44,672 nucleotides of DNA from NCBI GenBank assembly GCA_944371315.1, contig CALVXN010000005.1, forward strand, positions 1-44,672, written 5' to 3'. The notes under the pieces were generated by a model that saw only the letters and a program-made list of their open reading frames with translations, did no database searches and was not told the DNA's origin. Shown here in pieces: positions 17,997 to 29,162 of this stretch. Made by a program: the position numbers and the translations under genes. This stretch comes from an uncultured Bacilli bacterium. Its GTDB lineage: Bacteria; Bacillota_I; Bacilli_A; RF39; UBA660. How positions within the stretch are numbered: the stretch's first letter is position 1; each line of letters starts with the position of its first letter.

Positions 17997-18770
17997 ATGA
18001 TAGAAATAGATAGAGAAATTATAAAAACTTATCCTAAGTTTTCTTTAGGAATATATAAAGGTGAAAATAATGATTTATATAAAATATGTCCTTCATTTCC
18101 TGATAAAGAGCAAAGAATAAATTTTTTAAAATTTATGAATAGTTTTAAATCTTTTCCAGGAGTTTTATTACCAACAGATTTATTATGTGATAGAGAAATT
18201 TACGGATATAAGATGCCTTTTATAAGCGATGCCCAAGATATATCTTTATTAGTATCTCGTGATGAACAAGATAAAGATGTTAGAAAAATAATCTTAGATA
18301 TATTTGCAATTTTAAAAGAAATACATAAATATTTTATTTTTAATGATATTCGCACTTCTAACATTTTAATTAAAGATGATAGTGCTATTTTTATTGACTG
18401 GGATTTAGGAATAATTAAAAATTCTACTGATAAAGCATGCTGTTATTATTATACTTATAATATATCGTATATAGGAACCATTTTTGAAGATATTGTTAAA
18501 GCTTTTATTAGTGCTTTATCATTATTTTATCATTATGATTTAGAAATTTTTATGAAAAAACATAGCATTTTTGATTTAAGAGAATTATTACTTAATGCAA
18601 AAGCCGATAGAGAAATAATACATACAATAGACATTATAATTGATATATATTTTAAAAAAAGAAAAATGGAAGAACTAGATGTTGTAGGTTTATTTGAAAC
18701 AATTGATTTACCTAGTAAAAGAGAAAAAAATAGAGTTAGAAAAAGAATAAAATCTCAAGTTAATAAGTAA
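17997..18770 (+). CDS. Minimal protein-kinase-like protein, copy 3
   Basis: Paralogue of copy 2 (DIRTSN, IDWDLG, VKAFISALSL); SD GAGGTG before ATG 17997. Confidence 0.75.
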   Translation: MIEIDREIIKTYPKFSLGIYKGENNDLYKICPSFPDKEQRINFLKFMNSFKSFPGVLLPTDLLCDREIYGYKMPFISDAQDISLLVSRDEQDKDVRKIILDIFAILKEIHKYFIFNDIRTSNILIKDDSAIFIDWDLGIIKNSTDKACCYYYTYNISYIGTIFEDIVKAFISALSLFYHYDLEIFMKKHSIFDLRELLLNAKADREIIHTIDIIIDIYFKKRKMEELDVVGLFETIDLPSKREKNRVRKRIKSQVNK

Positions 18771-18782
18771 CATTGAGATTTT

Positions 18783-19799
18783 TTATTTTATAAACATTGC
18801 ATCACCAAAAGAGAAAAAACGATAATTATTTTTTATAGCAAACTTATATGCATTTAATATATATTCTTTACTTGATAATGCTGAAACTAACATTAATAAA
18901 GTGCTTTTAGGTAAGTGAAAATTAGTAATTAGTCCATCAATTGCCTTAAACTTATATCCTGGATAAATAAAAATATCAGTCCATCCACTACATGCTTCAA
19001 ATTTGTCATATTTACTTCTAACAGTTTCTAAAACTCTTGTTGAAGTTGTTCCAACTGCATAAATTTTACCTTTACATTCATTTAAAGTTTTGGCAGTTTC
19101 TTCATTTATTATGTAGTATTCGCTATGCATTTTATGTTTTGTAATATCAGTTTCTTCAACTGGTCTAAATGTTCCAAGACCTACATGTAAAGTTACATAA
19201 CATATAGTTATTCCCTTTTCTTTAATTTGATTTAGTAGTTCTTTAGTAAAATGTAGCCCTGCTGTTGGTGCTGCAGCAGAACCAATATTTTTAGCATAAA
19301 CTGTTTGATACCTTGACTCGTCTTCCAATTTTTCATGTATATATGGAGGAAGTGGCATTGTTCCTAACTTATCTAATATTTCCATTAGAATACCTTCATA
19401 TATTAATTCCACTTCAACTATTCCTTCATCCATTTTTTTTATGACTTTTGCTTTTAGTAAACCATTTCCAAAAGTTATAATTGTTCCCTCGCGTAATCTT
19501 TTTTGAGGCCTTGATAAACACTCCCAATTATTATTTTCAATATTTTTCAATAGTAATAATTCTATTACTGCTTTTGTGTCTTCTTTTTCCCCAATTAATC
19601 TTGCTGGAATAACTTTTGTATCATTTAATACTAAAATATCATCTGGAGTAATGTAATCTATTACATTTTTAAATATATCTTCTTTTAGTTCTCCATTATT
19701 TTTATCCATGATTAATAATTTTGAATCGCTTCTATTTTTAAGAGGAGTTTGAGCAATTAATTCTTGTGGTAAATCATAGTTGTATTCTTCAATATTCAT
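18783..19799 (-). CDS. queA: S-adenosylmethionine:tRNA ribosyltransferase-isomerase
   Basis: [53 protein letters not shown]. Confidence 0.97.
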   Translation of the reverse strand: MNIEEYNYDLPQELIAQTPLKNRSDSKLLIMDKNNGELKEDIFKNVIDYITPDDILVLNDTKVIPARLIGEKEDTKAVIELLLLKNIENNNWECLSRPQKRLREGTIITFGNGLLKAKVIKKMDEGIVEVELIYEGILMEILDKLGTMPLPPYIHEKLEDESRYQTVYAKNIGSAAAPTAGLHFTKELLNQIKEKGITICYVTLHVGLGTFRPVEETDITKHKMHSEYYIINEETAKTLNECKGKIYAVGTTSTRVLETVRSKYDKFEACSGWTDIFIYPGYKFKAIDGLITNFHLPKSTLLMLVSALSSKEYILNAYKFAIKNNYRFFSFGDAMFIK

Positions 19800-20473
19800 T
19801 TTATTAATTCCTCAAACTTTCTTTCTAATTCATCATTAATATCATCAATTGTTCTAATAACATCATCTTTAACACAATCTATTTTTATATACCCATATCT
19901 TTCAGTTAATTCTAAATATGCATCCTCTGCTCTTTTTAAATGGTCTTTATTTGATTCATGTTGATCAGCAGACTCACTTCTACTCTTTTTAAGTATTGCA
20001 GCATATTCATATGGCATATATAAAAATATTACAGCATCTGGTCTAGGTAATTCCATTATACCAAATTCAAGTTCATCTAATTTTTCATACATTTTTACTC
20101 TTTCTTCTTTAGTATTTAGTTTTCCTCCTTGATGAGCCATATTTGATTCAACATATCTATCAAGTAAAACTATATCACCATTATTTAAATGATTTTCTAT
20201 TTCTTTGATATTATAACGACGATCTGCTGCATAATAAGCTGATGCTACTAATGCATCAACATTTGCTGCTCCCTCAGGAAACCAACCATCACATATTTGT
20301 TTTTTACCCAAATATGGTCCTCCAACAATTTTACCCGTTGGGCAATCATAATTTGGAAAACTAAAATTATATATTTTTACATTCTTTTTTGCAAATTTTT
20401 CAACTAACTTCTTTACTTGTGTTTCTTTTCCTGAACAATCTGTTCCTTCAATTACTATTAACTTACCTCTCAT
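19796..20473 (-). CDS. tmk: Thymidylate kinase family protein
   Basis: [13 protein letters not shown]-loop, [12 protein letters not shown]. Confidence 0.85.
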   Translation of the reverse strand: MRGKLIVIEGTDCSGKETQVKKLVEKFAKKNVKIYNFSFPNYDCPTGKIVGGPYLGKKQICDGWFPEGAANVDALVASAYYAADRRYNIKEIENHLNNGDIVLLDRYVESNMAHQGGKLNTKEERVKMYEKLDELEFGIMELPRPDAVIFLYMPYEYAAILKKSRSESADQHESNKDHLKRAEDAYLELTERYGYIKIDCVKDDVIRTIDDINDELERKFEELIK

Positions 20474-20488
20474 ATTACTAACACTCCC

Positions 20489-21697
20489 TTATATTTTATT
20501 TTTTAAATTAATACCATCTTTAAAATTACATTTACTATAACATACAAAATCTTTAAATGTGCATCTTGCTCCTTTTAAATAATTTTTTATATCTTCTTTT
20601 AATGGATTATTACTTTTTTCTAGAGTCTCACTATATTTATGCAATGTATTTTTTGTTTGATTCATTATTTCAAGCTGAGCACAACTGCATAATCGTTCTT
20701 TACATTTTAATATGAAGTTTTCATATGTTCCACGTTCAAAAATTGTTATCAACCTACCACATGGATAAACATCTTTTACGCTTTTTATATCTTCTAACCA
20801 TTCATTTTTTAATGCATCATCATCAAGCAATATTGGTGGTATAAAATATTTATCATCATCATTAATTTCAATTTTATAGTCTATTGTTCTATGCCTTTGA
20901 GCTTGAGCAAGCATTGCAAATGATCCTTCATAAACTGTTGCATAAACATCACCAAAATACTCTTCTTTTTCTTTTAAGTTTGAACCAAACAAAGAAATAC
21001 TTCTATTTTTTTCATTTTTTAATAAACCTTCATCTAATATATTTAACTTTTCTAATTCATCAATAAATTCTTGCATATATTTAGATAATTTATGAGAAAA
21101 GTCATCATTACTCGCTTGCTTTTTTATATATTTTTTAAACCAAGATACTATATAATTAATTTGTCTTAATGATGTAGTATAAATCATTGTTGTTGGCATA
21201 AAAACTGTAATTAGATATCTGGCATTTTCTTGAGCCAATTTAGTAATTTTGCTATCACTAAATGTATCTTTATATATTTCCTTTATTTTTCTTTCAAATA
21301 TTTTTAACCATTTTTCATAAAGTTCTATTTCTCTTTTAGAAATTATACTGTCTTTACCAGCTTCTATTTTTGTATATCTAGCTGATTTTTCACTAGTAGT
21401 ATATTCTTTTTCATTATTTAATATCATAGCTAATATTTTAGGTATATTAGTTATATTTAAACTCATGTAAATGTGATCATATACACTATGATGCCCATTA
21501 TCTTTCGTTAGAACTATTCTTCTTTTAGTCTTTTCTTCACTTTCTTCTTTTAATTTATTAAAACCCTCTAAATCATAACAAACTCCTGCAAATTTACCAC
21601 TAAGCATTAAACACTCATCTAAATCTAATTTACCATCTAATGTATCAAAATAAGACTTTGCAATATCAATTTTTATCATTTTTATTCCCTTAATCAT
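20489..21697 (-). CDS. thyX: Tandem-domain flavin-dependent thymidylate synthase (ThyX/Thy1-like)
   Basis: GH.SV..H, EKSARY, QENARY in the N-half; Q.QRHR and RLC..AQ.EI in the C-half; flanked by glyA, folD and tmk. Confidence 0.7.
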   Translation of the reverse strand: MIKGIKMIKIDIAKSYFDTLDGKLDLDECLMLSGKFAGVCYDLEGFNKLKEESEEKTKRRIVLTKDNGHHSVYDHIYMSLNITNIPKILAMILNNEKEYTTSEKSARYTKIEAGKDSIISKREIELYEKWLKIFERKIKEIYKDTFSDSKITKLAQENARYLITVFMPTTMIYTTSLRQINYIVSWFKKYIKKQASNDDFSHKLSKYMQEFIDELEKLNILDEGLLKNEKNRSISLFGSNLKEKEEYFGDVYATVYEGSFAMLAQAQRHRTIDYKIEINDDDKYFIPPILLDDDALKNEWLEDIKSVKDVYPCGRLITIFERGTYENFILKCKERLCSCAQLEIMNQTKNTLHKYSETLEKSNNPLKEDIKNYLKGARCTFKDFVCYSKCNFKDGINLKNKI

Positions 21698-22916
21698 ACC
21701 ATAATGGGTATTTTTTTGTAATTTTTAATACTTCATTTTTCATTTCGTTAATTACATTTTCATCTTTATTATTTTTTAAAGTCTTCGCTATAATTTTACC
21801 TATTTTTGTAAAATCGCTTTCTAGTAAACCTCTGGTAGTCATTGCTGGAGAACCTAATCTAATTCCACTAGTAACCATTGGAGATTCGCTATCGTTTGGT
21901 ATAGCATTTTTATTTACAGTAATATTAATGCTATCTAAGATATTTTGGGCATCTAATCCGGTAATACCACATGAACTTTTAACATCAACTAATATTAAAT
22001 GATTATCAGTTCCATCGGATACAACGTGAAATCCTTCTTCTTGTAAGCTTTTTGCTAATGCTTTAATATTTTTTAAAACTTGTTCTTGATACGTTTTAAA
22101 TTCCGGTTGCATTGCTTCATAAAAGCATTGTGCTTTTGCAGCAATCACATGCATTAAAGGACCACCTTGAATTCCCGGGAAAATTACTTTATCAATTTTT
22201 TTAGCAATTTCTTCATTATTAGTTAAAATTAATCCCCCTCTTGGACCTCTTAAAGTTTTATGTGTTGTTGTTGTAACGATATCAGCATAAGGAAGTGGTG
22301 ATGGATGAAGATTTGTTGCAACTAATCCAGCAATATGAGCCATATCTACAAATAAATACGCTCCAACTAGGTCAGCAATTTCTCTAAATTTTTTAAAATC
22401 TATTATTCTTGAATAAGCACTTGCTCCAGCAATAATCATTTTTGGTTTTTCTTTTAATACTTTTTCTTTTATTGCTTCATAATCTATTATTTCACTTGCC
22501 ACATCTATGTTGTAATCAACTATTTCATAATCTTGTCCACTAAAAGACATTTTATGTCCATGAGTTAAATGTCCACCATTTGCAAGATTCATTCCCATAA
22601 CTTTATCTTTGGGTTTTAATAATGCCCTATATACTGCCATATTAGCACTGGATCCTGAATGAGGTTGAACATTAGCATATTTACAATTAAATAACTTTTT
22701 TGCATATTCTATGGCAGTAGATTCAATAACATCAACATTTTCACATCCACCATAATATCTTTTGTTTGGGTAACCTTCAGCATATTTATTTGTTAATATG
22801 CTACCTTGTAATTTTAATATATCTTTTGATACATAATTTTCACTGGCAATTAGTTCAATATTTTCTTCTTGCCTAATTCTTTCATTCTTTAATGCATTTT
22901 CTAATATTTTATCCAT
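21690..22916 (-). CDS. glyA: Serine hydroxymethyltransferase
   Basis: [34 protein letters not shown]. Confidence 0.98.
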   Translation of the reverse strand: MDKILENALKNERIRQEENIELIASENYVSKDILKLQGSILTNKYAEGYPNKRYYGGCENVDVIESTAIEYAKKLFNCKYANVQPHSGSSANMAVYRALLKPKDKVMGMNLANGGHLTHGHKMSFSGQDYEIVDYNIDVASEIIDYEAIKEKVLKEKPKMIIAGASAYSRIIDFKKFREIADLVGAYLFVDMAHIAGLVATNLHPSPLPYADIVTTTTHKTLRGPRGGLILTNNEEIAKKIDKVIFPGIQGGPLMHVIAAKAQCFYEAMQPEFKTYQEQVLKNIKALAKSLQEEGFHVVSDGTDNHLILVDVKSSCGITGLDAQNILDSINITVNKNAIPNDSESPMVTSGIRLGSPAMTTRGLLESDFTKIGKIIAKTLKNNKDENVINEMKNEVLKITKKYPLWYD

Positions 22917-23745
22917 TTTTTATACCCCTTTCATACATAAAAATCAAATTATCTATAATCATTGCAACTGTCATTGGTCCTACTCCACCTGGATTTGGTG
23001 TTATATATTTTGCTTTTTTAGACACATTTAAAAAATCTACATCTCCAACTATTTTTCCATCAATTTTAGCAACTCCAACATCTATTATTGTTGCATTTTC
23101 TTTTATCATATCTTCTTTTATTAAATGTGGAATTCCTGTTGCACTAATTAATATATCTGCTTTTTTTGTTATATCTTTTAAATTATTAGTTTTAGAATGT
23201 GCTATGGTAACTGTTGCATCTTTATTTAGCATTGCTAAACTTAGTGGATGACCTACTATATTTCCTCTTCCAACTATAACAACATTTTCACCGCTTATTT
23301 TTATTTTATACTCTTCTAAAAGTTTAATGATTCCTTTAACTGTGCATGGTAAAATTGTATCTACCCCAAGATATAAATTATAAATATTTTCTTTAGTAAA
23401 TCCATCTACATCCTTTTTAGCATTTATTAAACCACTACACTTATTAAAATCTATTTGACTTGGAACTGGACTTTGTAAAATTATACCTGTAATTTTATTA
23501 TCACTATTTAATTTATTTATTAATTCAATAAGATATTCTTCTTTTGTTTCTTCATCTAATAAATATTTATCTACTTCTATACCCACATAATTACAAGCAA
23601 GTTCTTTGTTTCTTATATATATTTTACTTGCTTCATTATTTCCAACTAAAATAATAGCAAGTTTTATTTTGTAATTATTATCATTTATAATTTTTTTGTT
23701 TTCATCTAATATTTTTTGTTTTAAGGTTTTACCATCAAGTATCAA
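22909..23745 (-). CDS. folD: Methylenetetrahydrofolate dehydrogenase/cyclohydrolase
   Basis: [33 protein letters not shown]. Confidence 0.96.
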   Translation of the reverse strand: MILDGKTLKQKILDENKKIINDNNYKIKLAIILVGNNEASKIYIRNKELACNYVGIEVDKYLLDEETKEEYLIELINKLNSDNKITGIILQSPVPSQIDFNKCSGLINAKKDVDGFTKENIYNLYLGVDTILPCTVKGIIKLLEEYKIKISGENVVIVGRGNIVGHPLSLAMLNKDATVTIAHSKTNNLKDITKKADILISATGIPHLIKEDMIKENATIIDVGVAKIDGKIVGDVDFLNVSKKAKYITPNPGGVGPMTVAMIIDNLIFMYERGIKNG

Positions 23746-24764
23746 AATAATCCCCCACTTTCAAATAAAGATCTGTTATGATCTATTCCTAAATGTTCAT
23801 AAGCTTTTTCACATGCAACTCTTCCACTTCTTGTTCTTTTAATAAAACCTTCTTGCAATAAAAAAGGCTCTACTACATCTTCAATAGTTGTTATTTCTTC
23901 CCCAATGGCAGTAGATATTGTTTCAACCCCAACAGGTCCGCCATTAAATTTATTAATTAATGCTTCTAAATATTCAATATCAATATTATCTAAACCATAT
24001 TTATCTACATTTAATCTATCAAGAGAATCTATAGTTGTTTCTAAATTTATTGTAGAATCTCCTTTTACCAAAGCAAAATCACGGACTCTTTTAAATAATC
24101 TATTAGCAATTCTAGGTGTTTTTCTACTTCTTTTTGCAAGTTCAACTGCTGCATCATCTTCGATTGGCATATTTAAAACCTTACTTGTTCTTTTAACAAT
24201 ATTTGCAAGTTCATTATCTGAATAAAATTCTAATTTATTAACTATTCCAAATCTATCTCTAAGAGGACTTGATAAATCTCCTGCTCTAGTTGTTGCTCCT
24301 ACTAATGTAAAAGGAGGTAAATCTATTTTTACACTTCTACTTTTTCCTTCACTACCAATTACTATATTTATTGTAAAATCTTCCATTGCAGAGTATAAAA
24401 TTTCCTCAATAAATGAAGGTATTCTGTGTATTTCATCTATAAATAAAACATCTCCAACTTCTAAATTTGAAAGTATCGCTGCCAAATCACCACTTTTTTC
24501 TATTGATGGACCTGTTGCTGTTTTAATGTTTGAACCCATTTCATTAGCAATTATATGAGCAAGTGTTGTTTTTCCTAGACCAGGAGGACCATACAATAAT
24601 ACGTGATCTAATGGTTCATTTCGCATTTTAGCAGCTTCTATAAATATTTTTAAATTTTCTTTTATCTTTTCTTGTCCAACATACTCTTCTAAATTTTCTG
24701 GTCTTATATTTTGTTCAAAGACATCTTCTGGTTTTAAATCTGCTTCAATTATTCTTTCACTCAT
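23742..24764 (-). CDS. ruvB: Holliday junction branch migration helicase RuvB
   Basis: [44 protein letters not shown]. Confidence 0.98.
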   Translation of the reverse strand: MSERIIEADLKPEDVFEQNIRPENLEEYVGQEKIKENLKIFIEAAKMRNEPLDHVLLYGPPGLGKTTLAHIIANEMGSNIKTATGPSIEKSGDLAAILSNLEVGDVLFIDEIHRIPSFIEEILYSAMEDFTINIVIGSEGKSRSVKIDLPPFTLVGATTRAGDLSSPLRDRFGIVNKLEFYSDNELANIVKRTSKVLNMPIEDDAAVELAKRSRKTPRIANRLFKRVRDFALVKGDSTINLETTIDSLDRLNVDKYGLDNIDIEYLEALINKFNGGPVGVETISTAIGEEITTIEDVVEPFLLQEGFIKRTRSGRVACEKAYEHLGIDHNRSLFESGGLF

Positions 24765-24810
24765 TTTATACCCTCCTTGTTTTTATTATACAATAGTTCG
24801 TATTCATTTT

Positions 24811-25350
24811 CTATTTTTCTTTTAAAATTTTATCAATATAGTCTTTTACTTCTAACCAATTACTAACTTTCTCATGTTTACTAATGGTTTTTGATGAACA
24901 AAATCGCAAGGTTTTTATATTGGCTTTTTTAATTTCATCTAAGACTTTTTCTTTATCATCAATAAATATATCTATATTATTTTTAATACATGCATCAACC
25001 TTACTCTCTTGTTTAAAAATTATTTTATCATAATAAATTTCTTTATTACTTAAGTATTTTTTAGTAATAGGAATTAAATTTTCTAAGCCTAAAGAACCTC
25101 TTGCAGTAATAAATATTATTTTACAACCATTATCTTTTAAATAATCTATTACTTCTTTTGCACTTTCGTTTAGTTCTACATCATTTTGTATTTTTTCAAT
25201 ATTTTTCCTAATAAAAAAATCAAGTGTTTTTTTATCTAGATTATGATAATCTAAAATACCTTTATATTCTTCATTTTGATGTAAAATTTCATTGGCAAGC
25301 TCACTTGTTTTTGTCAAAGTATCATCAATATCAATTCCAATATTTAACAT
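24811..25350 (-). CDS. HAD-superfamily 5'(3')-deoxyribonucleotidase-like phosphatase
   Basis: IGIDIDDTL motif I, ITAR motif II, IFIDD motif IV. Confidence 0.8.
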   Translation of the reverse strand: MLNIGIDIDDTLTKTSELANEILHQNEEYKGILDYHNLDKKTLDFFIRKNIEKIQNDVELNESAKEVIDYLKDNGCKIIFITARGSLGLENLIPITKKYLSNKEIYYDKIIFKQESKVDACIKNNIDIFIDDKEKVLDEIKKANIKTLRFCSSKTISKHEKVSNWLEVKDYIDKILKEK

Positions 25351-25477
25351 ATATTCTCCTTATTATTTTCTTTCTAATATTTATTTTAACATACTTATTT
25401 TTTTTTGAATATCCTAAAAATGATATTGTATAATTTTTCTAAATAGTTTATAATTGAATATAGAATAAAGGATATGT

Positions 25478-26779
25478 GTGATACAAATGTTTAGAGATTT
25501 TGACTACGAAAATAAACCTGTTGTAGACATAGTAAACGAAATGATTATCGATGCTATTAATAAAAAAGCATCCGATATTCATTTTGACCCTACTGAAGAT
25601 TCCCTAAATGTCCGCATTAGAATTGATGGGGAACTTTTAGAATATGCTAAAGTTCCTAATTTCGTCAAAAAAAATCTCTTAACTAGAATAAAAATCATAT
25701 CTGGAATGAATATTACTGAAACAAGATTACCTCAAGATGGTGCCATAAAAAACTTAACTGATAAATTAGATTTAGATTTACGTGTATCTAGTTTACCTAT
25801 TGTTGATGGAGAAAAAATAGTTATACGTATTTTAAACTATTCTATGAGCACAGCAGGATTAGAAAATCTTGGATTATCAGATAAAAATTTAGAAAAGATT
25901 AATAAATTAATAAAAGTTCCAAATGGAATTATACTTGTAGCTGGTGCTACTGGTAGTGGTAAATCAACTACTGTTTATGCTATGTTACAAGTATTAAATA
26001 CTGTTTCAAGGAATATTATTACTGTTGAAGATCCAGTTGAAATGAAAATTGCTGGCATTAATCAAGTTCAAGTTATGAGTGATATCGGTCTTACTTTTGG
26101 CAATACTTTAAGAAGTATTCTTAGACAAGACCCAGATATAATAATGATCGGAGAAATTCGTGATGATGAAACTGCTCGTATTGCAGTTAGAGCATCTATT
26201 ACTGGACACCTTGTTTTATCTACAATACACACTAATAATTCATTAAACACTATTGAAAGATTACTAGATATGGAAGTAGAAAGATATTTATTAGGTAGTG
26301 CTTTGTCTGGTATAATATCTCAAAGATTAGTTAAAAGATTATGTCCTAAATGTAGAACAAGCCGTCCTACTACTCAATTTGAAAAGGTTCTATTTGAAAA
26401 AGTTTTAAATCAAAAAGTAGATCAAGTTTATGCTCCTCATGGATGTAGTGAATGTATAAATGGATATACCGGTCGAATTGCATTACATGAAATACTAATA
26501 ATGAATCAAGAAATACGCGATGCTATTACAAACAATATTCGTAAAAATGAATTAAGACATCTTGTTTATGATCGTAGTGATGTTACGAGTTTACTTAAAG
26601 ATGGTCTTGAAAAAGTTGTTGCAGGTCTTACTAGTATTGAAGAGATATTAAGAGTTATCGATGTTGATGAAGATATCGGGGAAGATGAAGAAGATATTAA
26701 AGCAGCATTCATGGGAAAACCACAAGAAGTTAACGAAACTATGGATATTGTATCTAATGATGAAATTGAAACATTATAA
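25478..26779 (+). CDS. GspE/PulE/PilB-family pilus assembly ATPase
   Basis: ASDIH, RLPQDG, GATGSGKST, TVEDPVE, LRQDPD, GEIRD, TGHLV.ST.H, CPKC...CSEC zinc motif. Confidence 0.93.
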   Translation: MIQMFRDFDYENKPVVDIVNEMIIDAINKKASDIHFDPTEDSLNVRIRIDGELLEYAKVPNFVKKNLLTRIKIISGMNITETRLPQDGAIKNLTDKLDLDLRVSSLPIVDGEKIVIRILNYSMSTAGLENLGLSDKNLEKINKLIKVPNGIILVAGATGSGKSTTVYAMLQVLNTVSRNIITVEDPVEMKIAGINQVQVMSDIGLTFGNTLRSILRQDPDIIMIGEIRDDETARIAVRASITGHLVLSTIHTNNSLNTIERLLDMEVERYLLGSALSGIISQRLVKRLCPKCRTSRPTTQFEKVLFEKVLNQKVDQVYAPHGCSECINGYTGRIALHEILIMNQEIRDAITNNIRKNELRHLVYDRSDVTSLLKDGLEKVVAGLTSIEEILRVIDVDEDIGEDEEDIKAAFMGKPQEVNETMDIVSNDEIETL

Positions 26780-26806
26780 AACCAACTAATAAAAGTTGGC
26801 TTTTTT
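26778..26806. terminator. Probable bidirectional terminator between convergent genes
   Basis: A-run, ccaact/agttgg stem, T-run. Confidence 0.55.
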
Positions 26807-27269
26807 AATCTCTATTTATTATGTGTTTAAAGCTATTATCCAAAATTATATCTTTTATAAGATTTGGTTTTATATTTAATTTAATATAGTCATCTTTTTT
26901 AAACCATTTCATCTCCATTAAAGGATTTTCTAAATTTATAAAATTACCTTTATCAAAATATTTTTTATCAATTTCTATTTCATATATAAATAAGTATTCA
27001 TGTATACAATTTTCTTTTATTTTATAAAAATTTTCTACAATTCTAACTAATTTTAATTCATTGTCTTTTATATCCCAATCAAGTTCCTCTTTTAGCTCTC
27101 TAACAATTGTTTTTTTACTGTCTTCATTAAATGATACTCTACCACCAGGAATACTATAATAATCTTTATCTTTTCTTTTACTTATAAAATAATTATCTTG
27201 ATATTTAATTAATGCTGAACTTCTTATATTTAATTTTAAGTTATCTTTAATATTTATACTTAAATCCAT
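26805..27269 (-). CDS. NUDIX hydrolase
   Basis: PGG.....E.......RELKEEL Nudix box. Confidence 0.85.
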   Translation of the reverse strand: MDLSINIKDNLKLNIRSSALIKYQDNYFISKRKDKDYYSIPGGRVSFNEDSKKTIVRELKEELDWDIKDNELKLVRIVENFYKIKENCIHEYLFIYEIEIDKKYFDKGNFINLENPLMEMKWFKKDDYIKLNIKPNLIKDIILDNSFKHIINRD

Positions 27270-27937
27270 TATATATGGAATCTCCTTTCTAACTCATTTT
27301 TTACTTGTTTTTTATTAAATACAAATAGAAATGCTAAAATTATTACACTTATTATTACTGATATGTAACTTGGCCAGTAAACTGTTACTTTATCAAAGAT
27401 TAAAAGAATACCTGGAACTAAGCCAATCATAGAATTAATACTAGCGTAAAATATAAATTCCTTAGCTAATTTTTTTCTAAATAAACGCATTATTAATATT
27501 GCCATTGTATAAATACTACATAAAAATGGTAAACAATAGTTTATACTCCACATTTTAAAACCAGTGGAGTAATCCCAAATACATGATAATATAATTATTA
27601 AAATTATTTCCGTAAATAACATTTTCATAAAATGTTTTCTTCCCTTTAATGCTGTTAGTAATGTTAACCAAAAGCAAATAATTCCTAATATTACAAATAA
27701 TGACCATGATATTTTTTTACTTATTGTCCAATTTATAAATAAGCAAATAACTATTGCAATTATTGAACATACCTTTATTACATTATATAATAGTTCATGA
27801 TTTTTATAATTATAATCTATTTTAGGAAAGACATCATATGTATTTTCCATTATTATAGGAGTATTGCATAACGGACATATTTTAGCACTACTTTCTATAG
27901 TTGCTTTACATCTTAAACATTTACTCATTTTTTTCAC
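27269..27937 (-). CDS. Zinc-ribbon plus multi-pass membrane protein (DUF6320-like)
   Basis: C..C...CPLC N-terminus, about 6 TM helices, ELERRFHI C-terminus. Confidence 0.7.
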   Translation of the reverse strand: MKKMSKCLRCKATIESSAKICPLCNTPIIMENTYDVFPKIDYNYKNHELLYNVIKVCSIIAIVICLFINWTISKKISWSLFVILGIICFWLTLLTALKGRKHFMKMLFTEIILIIILSCIWDYSTGFKMWSINYCLPFLCSIYTMAILIMRLFRKKLAKEFIFYASINSMIGLVPGILLIFDKVTVYWPSYISVIISVIILAFLFVFNKKQVKNELERRFHI

Positions 27938-29162
27938 CTATCTTATTAGTATTTATGGTAATATTTACCCCTTCATTTATTAAATATCTAAAAAAATTCT
28001 TTTCTATTTCACTATTGATAAATTGAGACGAAAAACTTAAAAGTAACTTATCTAAATAACTACACATACATATTTGTATTTTAGATGTGCTGATAAATAC
28101 ATCAAAATAATCAATATAATCTTGATAAATTTTGGGAACTTCAATAATACCTATATTTGATAAAGTCATTGTTTGATAAAAATCTGTCCATTTATATGCG
28201 TATCTTAAAATAAAATCTTTAATAAATATTGGAATAAGTCTTAATATGAATATATCTTCTAAAATTGCCATGTTATTCATTTTGCTTTTTACATTTTCTT
28301 TATCTAAATTTTTCTTAAATTCGGCATTTACTACTTTTATTATTTCTTCTAATGATTCACCACTATATTTATAACTAATGTTTACAGCATTAAAAAAATT
28401 TCTTACAGTATATGATGGATAATAATTTCTTAAATTAACTGGTATTGCAATAACTATTGGTTTTTTTCTTTCTTTTATGTCCATTGACTCGCCAATACTT
28501 TTTATTAATACACTTGCAAGATATACAGTTAATGTTACTCCATAACTTTTACTTAGCTTTAATACTTCTTTTACATTCGCTATTCCTTCAATTATTTTTA
28601 AATTATTTTCAGCAAATTTTTCATCTTTTATTTGATATGCTAATTTATTATTTTCTATTGTTTTTTTTATTTTACCAGTTTTATATTTTTTAAATGAATC
28701 TAGACTACTTTCTTTAGTGCTTGCTGTATTAATTGCTTCTTCAGATTTTAAATTATATTTTGTGTTTAAATAATTAATAGCTAAGCTTTTTAAAAAAATA
28801 AGTGTTCCTGTTCCATCTGTTAAAGCATGATTCACTTCCAAATTTATTCTTTTTTTATAATATGTTACTTGAAATAAATTACCATTATCAAAAGAACTAC
28901 AAGGTCTTAAATGTTCTTCAACAACTATTGGCTTTATATTTGCTTCTTCTAAATAATACCAAAAAAAACCTCTTTTTAGTATTGATTTAAATACCGGATA
29001 TTCATTTAAAGTTTTTTCTAATGCTGATTCCAATACTTTTTTATCAATATTTTCTTTTAAACTAACGCTAAACCTAAATATTTTAGCATCATATTTATTT
29101 TTAGACGGTGGGAAAATCTTAGCTGCATTGTCTAGTCTATACCACTTACTCATTTTTATCAC
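27921..29162 (-). CDS. Alcohol acetyltransferase/condensation-domain-like acyltransferase
   Basis: W..LDNAAK, HALTDG (HxxxDG) motif, PVNLR, LSN.G. Confidence 0.75.
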   Translation of the reverse strand: MIKMSKWYRLDNAAKIFPPSKNKYDAKIFRFSVSLKENIDKKVLESALEKTLNEYPVFKSILKRGFFWYYLEEANIKPIVVEEHLRPCSSFDNGNLFQVTYYKKRINLEVNHALTDGTGTLIFLKSLAINYLNTKYNLKSEEAINTASTKESSLDSFKKYKTGKIKKTIENNKLAYQIKDEKFAENNLKIIEGIANVKEVLKLSKSYGVTLTVYLASVLIKSIGESMDIKERKKPIVIAIPVNLRNYYPSYTVRNFFNAVNISYKYSGESLEEIIKVVNAEFKKNLDKENVKSKMNNMAILEDIFILRLIPIFIKDFILRYAYKWTDFYQTMTLSNIGIIEVPKIYQDYIDYFDVFISTSKIQICMCSYLDKLLLSFSSQFINSEIEKNFFRYLINEGVNITINTNKIGEKNE

